Source: Choristocarpus tenellus KU-1152 (taxonomy: Eukaryota > Protista > Phaeophyceae). Taken from it: DNA of 64,000 nucleotides. Numbering within the stretch: the stretch's first letter is position 1; each line of letters opens with the position of its first letter. Location of the stretch: positions 2,564 to 66,563 of the forward strand of contig CAXNAD020000004.1 in assembly GCA_964200185.2 (NCBI GenBank). Reading direction: 5' to 3'. The notes below the pieces were generated by a model. It was not told the origin of the DNA, did no database searches, and saw nothing but the letters and a program-made list of their open reading frames with translations. Made by a program: the position numbers and the translations under genes. Positions 39,884-52,249 of the stretch are shown piece after piece.

Positions 39884-42800
39884 ATGGTAAGCAGTTGCTG
39901 ATGAAAACGTTCCTAGAAAGTTTAAGTGATGTCACCTCCATGCAACGGTCTTGGCGTTATACGCACCTTGTTTGTTCCGTCGTTCCGCTCTAGCGGACTA
40001 AAGGTTGCCCAAGTCCCACTAGAAGCAAGAATACTTCTCCTGATAAGGCTATTATTACTGAAGCCTGGTTGCCCTTGGTCGACTTCCCGATCTTCCTTAT
40101 CCTTCTCTGTCTTTCTAGTTCTCCCTGCTGGCGGGCTTGTGGAGATATTTATTCTCCAAGACGGAGATTAACGTGCTTATCCTCGGTTTGGACTACGCGG
40201 GCAAGACGGTACATAAATGACATATATGTAACTGTTAAGGGTAGAGCCACCCTCTTTGTTTCCTCCTGATTTGGTGGTTGCGAGAGGGACGACCACTCTC
40301 AGGTGTTGATCAAGAGATAACTTCGGAACAAAGACAACTTGTACATGTACCCCACTCACTGAATTATACATGTAGTATTGAGGTATCTCGTCTGGGGGGC
40401 AGGGCATTGAACCCGTTCTCGTTTCCAACGAGGCCTCTTCCAAGGGAGGAAAAAATAGGACTGGAGATATTATCGAATGCCAAACTTTTATCAACTTGCC
40501 TACTTCGTTCAAATTTCAACCCCAACCCTGACCCTGACCCTGACCCTGTGTACTTGAAGTGGTGGCCGGAGGACAGTAAGGTACTAAAGTGCTAAGAGAT
40601 AGAGTTTTGAAAATATTGCCCAACAAAACCAAGATTCAATAAACAGTAGTGCAGGGTTAGCTGGGCCCTTGAAACATTACTACCGTTGTTGTTCTTTCCA
40701 ATGAGATGTGGTACTTGAATCTGGCTATTCATGGAGTGTCCATCCACTAAGTGTCGGTTGCCCCAATGTGGTGCTACCTCAGACCCTCCTGGAACAAATG
40801 AAGGGCTTGTTTAAGAAAGTACAGGGCATTCCACCATCCAAGATACCACCCACTGTGGGACTCAATGGTGAGCATGTACAGCCTTGTTGAGTATATTGAA
40901 GGTTGTTCGAGCAGGACACCTGAGTCCCTTTGCATTGTACTGGCAACACTACCTCACTTGTCTCACCTTATGCTCTCTGTTAACTCTCTTTCTCTCACCC
41001 CACACTTTGTCTTTTCCATATGCTTGGCTCAATGCTACCTAGTGGGGAAAATGGACTTTGGGGGCTGTAAGCTGACCTTTTGGGACCTGGGAGGACAGGT
41101 GTGTTGGAACTGCTTGGACCCTTGCATTTGCAGCAGGTTGTGCTGCAACTGAGGGAGGGGTAAGACTGATTTGTGTAGCATGTGCCCATAGCCCTGCATT
41201 ATGCCCTCACACTCAGTATACTTAATACAGGCAATGCTGAGAAGTATGTTGTGTTGTGTTGTGTTGTGTTGTGTTGGATGTTTCAGGTGCGAGTAAGATC
41301 ACTGTGGGAGAAGTATTATGCTGATGCAAATGGATTCATCTTTGTCATGGATTCTGCAGATGTGGGGAGGTTTGAGGAAGCACGAATGGCCTTTGGTGAG
41401 TTTCCTGTCCATGGTTAAATTTTGTTACTGGATTATTATTGCATTGCTCTCCTAACGTTTCTGTCTTGTGCCTACCAAGCCAATCGAAAAAGAACCATTA
41501 CAAAGATGGTATTATTGTTCTTAATCACACTCACTTTTTGTGAAGTGGATATTAATAGGATGAAATGAGTCGGGTCATTTTGTCGGCAAGCAAGGTTGCA
41601 AAATCCATCTATACGATTGCTGTATTTTTCCTGTTTCTGCTTAAGCTCAGTGAGCCTGATGGACTGCTTGGCAAGATATTTATCTTAAATCTCAACTTGT
41701 CACCAGTGATTGTCCAATCAATATATATATATGTAAGTTGAAGATCCCATTTCTGAATTCCCAAGTGATGTTGTAGAAGTAAATATGGTTTGACACACTT
41801 TCAGCGGGCACTAAGTGTGAAGATGTGAACATGACCATGACCTCCAGTGACAGTAAGGAACCGTAAAATTCTTTCTTGATGGTACTGCGATACTTCAAAA
41901 TATATTTTACAGAACTGGAAGGCGTGAATGATTACATCTTTTCATTGGATATATTTATTACATCTTTTGTTACACCTCCCATTTCTCCAGACAAGCACGA
42001 ATACAGATGATAGTCCTCTTTCGCTATGGCATTTCTCCTTGTGTGCATTTGTGTGATGATGGTGCCATTCAAAGTAAAAATTTTGTTTTTGAAGACTTTT
42101 TCAATGAAGTCGAAACTGAAGAAGTGGCCTAATTGGTTTTGCTCACAGTTTTGTGCTGTTGTAGCACTACCCAGTTCTTGTGCTCTCTTGAGGTGTACAA
42201 ATGCCTTCTCTTCACTGGTGTGACCTAATGACTGATGTCATACTATCCTTGGAACAATTGTTCAGTTAACCTATACAACAATCTATCACATAGTTCAAGT
42301 CTACAGAACTATTATCTGCGAACCAATAGTCAATAGTCAATAGTCAATAGTCCTGTGGTAAATGTGTAGTTGGGCCTTAGTTGGATTTGATTATTGTGAC
42401 TGGCATGATACATACAATCTGTGCTGCATTTTGATCATGGGTAGGGTAGGATTTATCACCCTATTGATTTTATCATGTGTATTATTGGTATTAATGCTGT
42501 ATTAATATGACACTTAGTAACCAAGTAGTTAGTAGTTACATGATTCCTTGGGGTGGTATCAACTTGGTGTGAATAGTCTGTAGCTTAATGCAGCATCACC
42601 CACCGGGAAAGAAATATCCTACACACAATTAATATAACGTACCTGTTCATTATTTCAGGTTCAATGAACAGATGCATTTGCGTAAACATTGGAAAGGTGA
42701 GGTTCAATGAAGTGGTTATCCGTGATGGGTATTGTGTGTTGTATGTGTGTGTTATAAGTGTGTTTTAAGTGGTTTTGTATGTACTCCTGTCATGTGATAT

Positions 42801-43656
42801 GTTAATGTAACAGACACTGTGAGAGAGCAGGGGGAGCTCCATGGGGTTCCATTGATGATGTTTGCAAATAAGCAAGACTTGCCAGAGGCAATACCAGCGG
42901 GGGATATATCTGTACATTTTGATCTACATAAGATCACCAAGGTGGCATTTCGCCTGCAGCCTTGCAGTGGCCTCACATGGTGAGTGTGCCTTTATTGCAC
43001 ATCCTACAGCATGATTGACAACCCACTGAACTTTAACTTCAATGTCCTGCTACTGCCAAAAAACAAGACTATCAGTCCATCCCCACTCTTGCATCCACTG
43101 TGTAAAATTGTGAATGAGATTTTTTTCTGTGATTCACACCTGTAGTGTGATGCACTTCCTCCTGGTATGTGTATGCTGATTTGGCTGATATGATGCTTGC
43201 ATCGCATTGATGGCAAAAGAGTGTATTTGGTAGGTAGCCCCTCTTGAACTCTGTTTTTATATACTGTTATCATACAATTTTTTGGTGCCTTGCCTCTCAG
43301 CACATTGATAGCCCCGTCAATGCTAGTTTTTTTTTTTTTTTGATGTGGTGTTGTACTCGTATCAATACTTTATTCATATTGTAATATTCATATCAATACT
43401 ATATTCATATCAATACTTTATTTATATTGTAATACAATGATGTTAAGTCCATGGAACGTGAGTTGGTTGTATGCTGTGTTCAATATAGGAGGCTATTTTA
43501 CATGTAACAATAATGATTTTGGTGTTGTTGATTGCTGTTGCTTTTCAATCTTCCCGTTGTTGTTGATTGCTCCTCCTTGCTAGTGATGGGATCACAGAAG
43601 GCATACAGTGGATGGTGGAAGAGGCCAAACGGCGAGCTCGACGGATGGACAAATAG
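39884..43656 (+). CDS. ARFRP1: ADP-ribosylation factor-related protein 1 (Arf-family GTPase, yeast Arl3 type), 193 aa
   Basis: Exons 39884-39886 (ATG only), 40119-40208, 40783-40867, 41043-41098, 41287-41395, 42814-42979, 43584-43656. N-terminus MFSLLAGLWRYLFSK without Gly2 (ARFRP1-typical), GLDYAGKTTLLEQ, PTVGLN, WDLGGQ, SLWEKYY, ANKQD, CSGLT, GIQW. Confidence 0.93.
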
Positions 43657-45404
43657 TGGTTGGAGTATTTACTTGGGAAGCAATAGACAGGGGTAGTGCA
43701 GGTCCTTGGTCATGTTCTTTTACTCTGTATTTTATATTTTATGAAGTAACAGTGATGATAATTATGTATCTATGTACCTGCTGCTAAGACCTTGTGCACA
43801 AAATAATACTAATTACTTTTGAATTGTATGGCTATTCATAGTGTACCCTACAATTTACCCCAGATCATCAAAAGAATCAATATTTGTTTTCCCTGAAATG
43901 GAGCACACTAAAATGCAATGTGGTTTTAGGTGCCACGTGAACACCAGTACTAAGAAGAAAAAACACTTTTGACCTTGACTGAGTTCAATATGCCCTTTAT
44001 GACACTATTGTTTAGTATTTGGTTGGGTGAGGGGAGTACTTATTGGCCAGACGAGACCTACTTTATTCAGAGCACAGGTGGTATTGTGGTGTGTACAATG
44101 GATTTGATTTAATGGAATAATTCTATTGGTGGACAACGCTCACCTTTCAGTTTTGACAATATTCCTGTTATACTTAGTTGTGTGTTTATTGTACATTGAG
44201 TGACTATTGCAGCATCACACACGATCCTTTCAGACATTTGCACAGGGTGTTGTATTAGTACCTCAAAATCCTGAGAGTCTTACAATGCATTAATTTGTCT
44301 GGTGATACATTGCTACTACATTTTGGAAGACATTAGTTGTAGCTGGTGATTGTGAACATCGTTATCAGGTCATACTAGGTCACCTCAAATTTGCAGAACT
44401 TGCTACTTCCCTGAAAGCTCAAGAGAACTGGGGTATTAGATTCTTCAGTTGTGGAGTAGTTATTGGTCCAGGCCTCGCTTTTGGCAGATGAAGTGACACA
44501 CTTGATATATATATTAAAAAAAAATTCTATGTACACTGAGGAAGTCTTTTTTTTTGTACTGCCTACAAACAAATATTTAAAAAATATTGTCTATGAAATT
44601 ATTCAAAGGTATATTGACAGTTGGGGGAATTTAATCATGCTGCAAGCAAACTTAAAGACAAATATTTTCGGAGTGGTAATCATAGCCAATGTATAGAAAA
44701 CTCAAGTTGCATCTAAAGATTCAATTGTAACTGTCAAGATGTCGAAGTGGTAAAAAAGCAGACATGCTGCTACAAAATAAGCATCATCTGGTGCTTGATG
44801 GTGGTGGATGAAGGAGGCCCACAATATTGTGAAGGGACACATGTGCAAATATGTAGCTGGTCTTTTCAAATTATGCAGCTACTGTTGATGGTAAGTCAAT
44901 GATCATGAGTTAATGGGGCAAGGAATTCTCCTTGGCAATTCACCTTCGAAACTGTCTTTTGACATTTAATTCATATGCCCAGTTCCACATCTTCTGAAGT
45001 CAGTACCATAGGCGAGAAACAGAGACAAAAAGGTATCTCACTGGAATGATACTAATTAGAATAGTCTTTACATTAAAACCAATAAAAAAGTGTATGCAGT
45101 TTTTGACGTTTTGCTTACAATTTGTATGTATGTGGGCTAAGGTTCTACTACACATAAATGGATGTAGGGATATGGTCACAGACAGGCACCCCAAAATGTA
45201 TGTGCACTATTACCTCTTCAAACTAATAATAATAAAAAGTACCGACTAAATGTTACACTAGGACTAATTGTACTGCCTCTGTTCCTGTTGTACTTTTCTC
45301 TTGTTGGGTTCAGCACCCCACCCCTACTGCTTCTCGTTGATCCATGTCCATCCTCGATCTTTGCCCCGCTTTTTTGTGGTATTAGCAAAGAGGATGTGTT
45401 CAAT

Positions 45405-45495
45405 CCGTGGTATTCACCACATTCAGTTGGATATAGTCGAAACCACATACCAGTGTAAAGAAGTCTGGCGTCGAAGGGGTTTGAACCCACGAAAA
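45405..45495 (-). mobile_element. Second copy of the tRNA-derived SINE-like element
   Basis: The minus strand reads GGTTCAAACCCCTTCGACGCCAGACTTCTTT, 27/31 identical (all differences transitions) to 62016-62046, with further shared words downstream (TATGTGGTTT, ATGTGGTG). Confidence 0.45.
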
Positions 45496-45719
45496 TATAA
45501 ACAAGTACCCATGAAAGGACAGTATTGAGTACAAGTCAGAAAATAATTGAACCTCCTTCCTGTACCTTTACATCACAGGTTCCAATCGTTAGTGGACCTG
45601 GTCTGGACGTGTTAGTAAAAATTGGTCCAGTATATGTATGGACTAGTCCCTTTCTGCGTTCCTCTCTCATTCCCCTATTCCCTGATCTATGTATTTAACA
45701 TACTTCGACAATTTCAAAT

Positions 45720-48700
45720 ATGGTTGAAAGTGATGAAGTCAGAAGGGCTTCGCACTTCCCGGAGGAACACTGGAAGCCTCGTCTACATGTAAAGTTGCGG
45801 GTGAGGGTGGTACTACTTGGCTTGGGAGGAGGTGATGGAAGTGATACTCCCTTCGTCTTACACCCTAAGATGTTGCAAAGGGTACTACGAGAAGTGCTAC
45901 CGACCTATAAGGTACCCCTTATCGAGCATCGCAAGCAGGGAAGGAATCCCCTCGACATTGAGTGCGATATCTCTTATATGGTTAAGCATGCCGGGATCGA
46001 CTCCAACGAAAGATACCTAGACGTCATGGCCCGCGCAGCTGTTCGTAGCAATGTTGACTATCCAAGTTTGCTTGTATCAATAGAGGGTATTTCCCAAGCA
46101 GTCGAAGCAATCGCTGAGAAAGAATCAGGAGTTCTTCCTCGTGATCAGGAGCAGATATTTGGAGATACCGACGTTACTTTGCTCGTGGCTAATCCAAACC
46201 GGGTGGAGTTAAGGAGACGTGTGGAGACCCTGGGCCTGCTCCTTCCGAACGACGACATACCGGGTGTCGGCGTTGAATACAGCTTTGCTGAACCCCTCGG
46301 CTCTCATAGCCGTGAGGGTAGTAGAGGTGGACGCACGAAAGCAAGCACATGCGCCTGTTCGTGGGTGGGTCAAGGTCGAGTCCTTGTCCTTGACCTCGGG
46401 TCTGTGGCATGTAACTTTGGAGCCGTACGGCAAGACACCCCCCACAGCATCGTGTCGAAGAGTACCTTTCCCAGTGGAACCTCCAGTTGGGGTGAGGAGC
46501 ATTGGCTGCTTTCTCGTGCACAAAGTAAATCTATTAGTTCTAGCCAAGAAGAAAGATGGGAGAAAGGAGGGACTGCTACAGGTGAGCAAACCCTAACCCG
46601 AAAGAGGACTGTATGGTTGTCGTAACTTTTTCTCTCCTTTCCAGCTTCTGTGACCAAAGGTAAGTCTTATTTCCCTGTTGTAAGACTTAGTCCTCACAGG
46701 TATCATCCCCACTTCAGCTAGCGTTGCGATGCGAACATTGGCTGCTGCTTGTATGATCGAGCTAGACTTCGTGGGTATACATAAATTGGTACGCATGATG
46801 TAGACTTTCACAAATGTTTTATTTTGAAATATGTAGTTTATGGCATCATGTTGCTCCACATGCCCTCGCCCTTACATTCAGTACACGAGTGTAATCCATT
46901 GATATATAGTGACTCCATTGTGGTATCAATCGATTTATCAATCCATCCATGAAGCCCTTGCCCCTATCCTTCCGATCAAGGCCCGACTATGATTACTATC
47001 AAATAGCTCAGGCTGTGCCCTGGACGGTATTGTCTGTCAGGTGGTGATATAAATGATCTGTCAGAGATTTTGAGGAATGTACAAAATTTAGGAAGCAGTG
47101 CCAATTCCGATGGAGCAGCAGTGTTTGTAGCAAAGCTGTCAAGTGTGCTTGTATCTGCAGTTCGCACTGTGTTGGTACCAGCTGTACCAGCAGTACCTTC
47201 CAGTCCAGGGAAGGTAAATGGCCATCCCATTGTCATGGTGCCAGTGCTACTGTTCAGGAGAAAAGGTGGAGATGGGGGCATGGGGGAGGCTAAAGAGGAT
47301 GAGAATATCGATAGCAATATCCTTGCAGGGGTGGTGAACATGACCCATGTGTCTGCTAGCATAAAGGCTGTGGGGCTGCCTGGCGAAGATGTGTTGACTA
47401 TTGGCGGGGTGCACTTTCTGGATGAGCACCCTCAGGTGTAACCCTAACCCTACATTTTCCCAAACATTCGTTTGTAGCTTCACAAGGTATCTCAATGTAA
47501 CAAGGTATCTCAATGTCTCAATGTGTGCTTTAGTCTGTGTTTCATGGATCTATGTTACCACCGTAGCCTCATGAAGGTGAAGTGTCCTTTGCACTTGGCT
47601 CTAGCTTTTCTTTCGTGTTGTAAGGGTTAGGGTTAGGGTTAGTAGAGACCATTCATGTACCATAGTAGAGACCCATTCATGTTGCAGTATTGGAGAGATT
47701 TCACAGCACCTCAGTTCAAGATATCCCGAGAAGAGGGCTGTACTTAGTGTGTGCAGCACGCATGAAAATGCCTTTTGAGCTAGACTCTGCTGTGTTTCAA
47801 TGCTGATTTGGTTGTATTGCTAATAAGACCTTGTTTAAACTTTTTGTGTAAACTCCAGGTGGCAGTTGCACTTGCAAAATCAGTTAGTACTAGGGCCAGC
47901 TACATACGAAGTGAGGCTACGAGAGGATCAGAGCAAGCCCCGCACTACAAGGTACACCTTTCTATGTCTACAAGTCACTTTTTCTGCACTACTTTAAGCT
48001 CTCAACATTGCACCACCCTCCAACTTTCCTTTTTTTTCTCATGTTCAGGTTTTTATCAAGTAAGTGGGTGTAATTTTTCTCAAAAGAGTGATATATCAAG
48101 TAAGAGGGGGGTGTCATGGAGTTTTCAGGGCTACGACCACCGCGTAGTAAATGTGCTTTGAGCACTGTGGAAGATGTTTTTAACCAACAATACATTGCAT
48201 ATCATTGCTACTCTTCCCTTCTACATTGTTGTTGTCATTGCTACTTCTACAACAATATCTTTCTACATTTCTATAAGGGTGGTTGATTAACTGCATTCTA
48301 GGCATGGACATGGACATGGGCATGGGCATGGTGTATGTTGCAGAAGATTCAAAGATTTGAAAAAACTCAAAATGGTCAAAATCAACGACCCTCTCGGATG
48401 GTTTCAGTCCAAGGTGCATGTAACTTGAAGCAGTGTGAAAAAGAAAGGGCGGGGTGCTCCAGACATGGCCTGTTGGAGATACCTGTTGAATGTCTGGCAA
48501 TTCAATTTGTTTTGGTAGGCACTGGTAATGCTGAATGATGATAAAAGTCTCAAGTGCTGTTCATAAAAATAAAAAAAATGTTTTGCAGAACGATTAGACC
48601 TTGCATGCATTTTTTTTATGAATAGCACAACAGAGGACATCTTATGGTTGTACTACTCTACTAATGCACTAATGTACAGCTATTGACACAAACATTGTTA

Positions 48701-51700
48701 CATGTGCTGTAGCCACTATTTGTCGTAGTGTATTATTTCACCTTGGAAGGCAGTGCACGTTTGATACAATCACACCGCCTGGTGCGATCTTTGCTCTAGT
48801 GCTCTTTGCTGAGCTTCTTTTTTTTTGTAACAGGTACGAGAGGAGGGTTATGTTGACAGCACAAACCTATTCATGGAGATCAAATCTGCTGGGGACACCC
48901 TGACCTCTGCATTGCTTTCTGACGCAGGAGTAGATGCTCTTGTAACACTAGACTTAGCCCTTGAGGCAGGAAAGGCGACAAAGGACATCCTTGGTACCAC
49001 TGATGGTACCATTGACAAGGATAAGAACCAAGTTCTGGTGCACACTCTGCCAGTTTTTGTATTGAGTGCGACTGAGCATTCCCCACCAACGGACAGGAGA
49101 GAGGTTGTTGAGGGAGTTCAAAGTATGGGGAGGCCGGCGCACCTGTTTGACAATGATCAGGTCTTTGCTGCCCAGGAAGGGGGAGGTGTGGTTTTGGTCT
49201 TGCAGGCAGAGACCAGTACGCTGGTGCCGTTCTTTGAGGAGTCAGGGAATGGTGCCATGGACATGATTGAGATCAACCTTGAAGATGCCACATCTGGGGT
49301 GGTGGCAGGTCTTCTTACAGCCCTCCATGGACTTGCCCCCCCCCATGAGTGGTGGTCACCTGGAAGTGAGAAGATGTCGCTTGACTTTACTTGGTCTCAT
49401 GGGTACCACCCCTTTGCACCATTTGGGTTTGTGAAGGGATTGCCTGGAGCACTCTTCGTGGATATTGCACACAGGAATGCTGTTGCTTCAAGTTTGGCAG
49501 TTGCAGCTTCCTCTTTGTCAAAGGCTATCGACACCCTTGACAACTTTGGTAGGTCTGCTATCCCTGGTGAGCTCCTCCTGGGGGAACAGCGTGCATCCCT
49601 ATCAACAGGGGGGGGTTCAGCTAGGGCTGGATGGGGTAGTGCACTTTCAACTGCAGCAGAGGACTCAGGCATTCCTGTATCGCATGTGTATCATGTTTTG
49701 AGTGTGCAGCACTTGGTGTCTGCAACAGTTGAGAGACTAGAAGGGGAGGCGGAGGTGCTACCAGGCAAGAGAGTGTCTGAGGCTGTAAATGTGGTTAAAG
49801 GACTGGAGAGGAGGGCGCAAGATGTGCTGCGACAGGTGAGGGATGAAGGATGAGGAATGAAGGAGCAGTTATTATCTTGTATGTTGCTTTTGGTGGTGAG
49901 GGGCTCTAATTTATTTTTCAGTGTTAATTCAGTGTCCTAGTACAGATAGTATTAGTAGTCCTTGCCAATAAATACTATTGCTGCTACTTTTTCCTTGCCA
50001 TGTAGTATTATTAGTCATATTATTATTAATTTGCCAGTTGTGAGCATGAACTGCTCCTATCGCTTACCAGTTTATGGAGGAACCGCTGAGTTCAAAGTAC
50101 AGTACTGATGTTGTACTAGTACTAGTACTACTAATGCACACAAAATGCCAAAATGAGTGTAGATGGAACAATACACGTCCTCAAGACTTTAGTCATAAAG
50201 AATCATTCCTAGCAGGTGTTATAGTTGACAGGTGTTCGCCTTGGCCTAGAGTAATCCTAGCTCCAACCCTCTTTATGCAAGTTGGCACTGTCTATTTTTT
50301 TTAATGTTATATGTATAGAGGTTACACCATCTTCTTCTTCAGTCTGAGGACTAACCATCAATGGAGTATTCTTACTTTAATTCTTTACCAGTGACACATT
50401 TGGCACCGAGAGGCTCTATCTCAACTGTCTCTGTAATGTGGACATCCTACCAAGGGTTGTGCTAAGAGTTGGAGGCTGTACCAGTTGATGAAGAAGTTCA
50501 AGATGGGTGTATCAATTAGTGTTACACATCCTCAGTACCAATTAATGTTACACAATGTGTAGAAGTTTTATGCATATCATGTCATTGTAAAAGAGTGATC
50601 AACCGATATATATATCAAATATATATAATATATTAGAATTAATATTTAAAAAAATTGAGCCAACACTGTACATCGAGAGGGGTGACTGCTAAATGTGCAA
50701 GTCCTGCCCGGAAGAGGATCACACAATGTGTAGAACCCATTGTCACCTGCTTTAACAAGTGGTCGTATCCACACCTATGACTTGACTGGTTATTTGAATT
50801 TTGTGACATGGGGAGACTAAGCCATATCAATCGATTTCCTCCATATCCTCATTCTTGTTATATATATACCTATGTGCCATATTCACACCTATATCCACAC
50901 CTATGTATGGTGGATGAGAAAGGAAAGCACATGATTCTTAGATAATGATAATATGGAAGTTCCTTAAAAGTAATATTATTAGTAATGTTATTTAATACAA
51001 TGTTACACTGTGTAATAGTGCTTTGCCCTCCCTGACTATATGAATCATGTGCAGATACTAGTTGGTACAACTCTGAATGATGCTGTTGCTGTTGGCACCA
51101 GAACACATGCTATCAAGAGTCAAACAAGGCTCGTTATCAAATATCTTATCAAACATCTTTCGTCGCATGTAGCGACTTGTAGCACTTTTGTTACATGTTA
51201 CCATTGATTCCAATCCAACTCCACTTTATGACCCGCCGTGACATGTGATAGCAGACCCTAGCCCTAACCCTCACCTGTTAGATCAGGGTCACTCCCAGGT
51301 GCAGAATTGGTATTAACAGTACTTTAAGTATCCAAGTACCATCTATGAAATCAAATTACTGTGAGTGGTATATGACCCTAACCCTAACCTAAGTGGAAGT
51401 GTATTACACTAATGCATAGTTTCAACACCCCCCATTTGGTCCACCTCCAGCTCTCTCCAGAATTGTTCGAGTTTTTTCTCAAAATACTTCCTCTACTACG
51501 TTGTCCTATTTTATTTTTTTATGATATCAATTACCTTGATAATTGCATTGGTGCTGTTGGTAACCTAAATTACCGTACTATTTATGGTTACAATTATAAA
51601 GGTGATGCTGTAGTGGATAGGTTCACCAACATTCACCATGATCTCTTACCGTTACAACTATAAAGGTGATGCTGTAGAGGATAGGTTCACCAACATTCAC

Positions 51701-52249
51701 CATGATCTCTTACAGTTACAACTATAAAGGTGATGCTGTAGAGGATAGGTTCACCAACATTCACCATGATCTCTTACAGTTACAACTATAAAGTTGATGC
51801 TGTAGAGGATAGGTTCACCAACATTCACCATGATCTCCCGTCTACACCTCATCCCAATGGGGCATGACCACATACATACATATGTAGACCATATGTGTAC
51901 AGTCATGCCCTTTGCCTTCTACTTAAATTAGGAGTACATCATGTTGTATCCCAGAGACTAGGTATTCTTTCATTGCCCATCTCATCCCTCACACTGGCTG
52001 TGCTCGTCTTTCTATACTTGGGTGCGTGTGTGTCAGGTACAGCTGGCAGTGAGTGAGGATTGGGATCACCTTCAGTGCTGTCAACCGACCCTAACTGAGA
52101 GAGTTGGTAACCCTAACCCTGTGGTGCTGCATGTGTGCATTTTTGGTGCCATTCTGTTGGTAGTAGTCTATGTCACCAAGGTTGTACATTCAGTATTGGT
52201 CAGTTATGTGGGGGGTGGGACAGGGTGGGACAGACGGCGCTCCCCTTGA
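45720..52249 (+). CDS. Conserved uncharacterised protein with C-terminal transmembrane anchor, resembling the plant At4g16180/At3g28720-type family, ~854 aa
   Basis: Exons 45720-46581, 47041-47435, 47859-47951, 48834-49835, 52037-52249 in frame. Motifs recalled from this family: C..SWVGQGRVLVLDLG, LPVFVLS, AGLLTALHGLAPP, DFTWSHGYHPFAPF, D..HRN, LQCC followed by a hydrophobic helix. The start codon is uncertain (no clear signal peptide), and the family call is from memory. Confidence 0.75.
51591..51837. repeat. 64-bp tandem repeat, ~4 near-identical copies, intronic
   Basis: CAACTATAAAGGTGATGCTGTAGAGGATAGGTTCACCAACATTCACCATGATCTCTTACAGTTA repeated. Confidence 0.9.

Noticed and set aside
46189-49701. 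Overlapping antisense and alternate-frame ORFs inside the membrane-protein gene
   Set aside because: Shadow ORFs of GC-balanced exons with no independent motifs.
51591-51837. CRISPR-like array
   Set aside because: The units are contiguous near-identical 64-mers with no unique spacers, in a eukaryotic intron with no cas genes.
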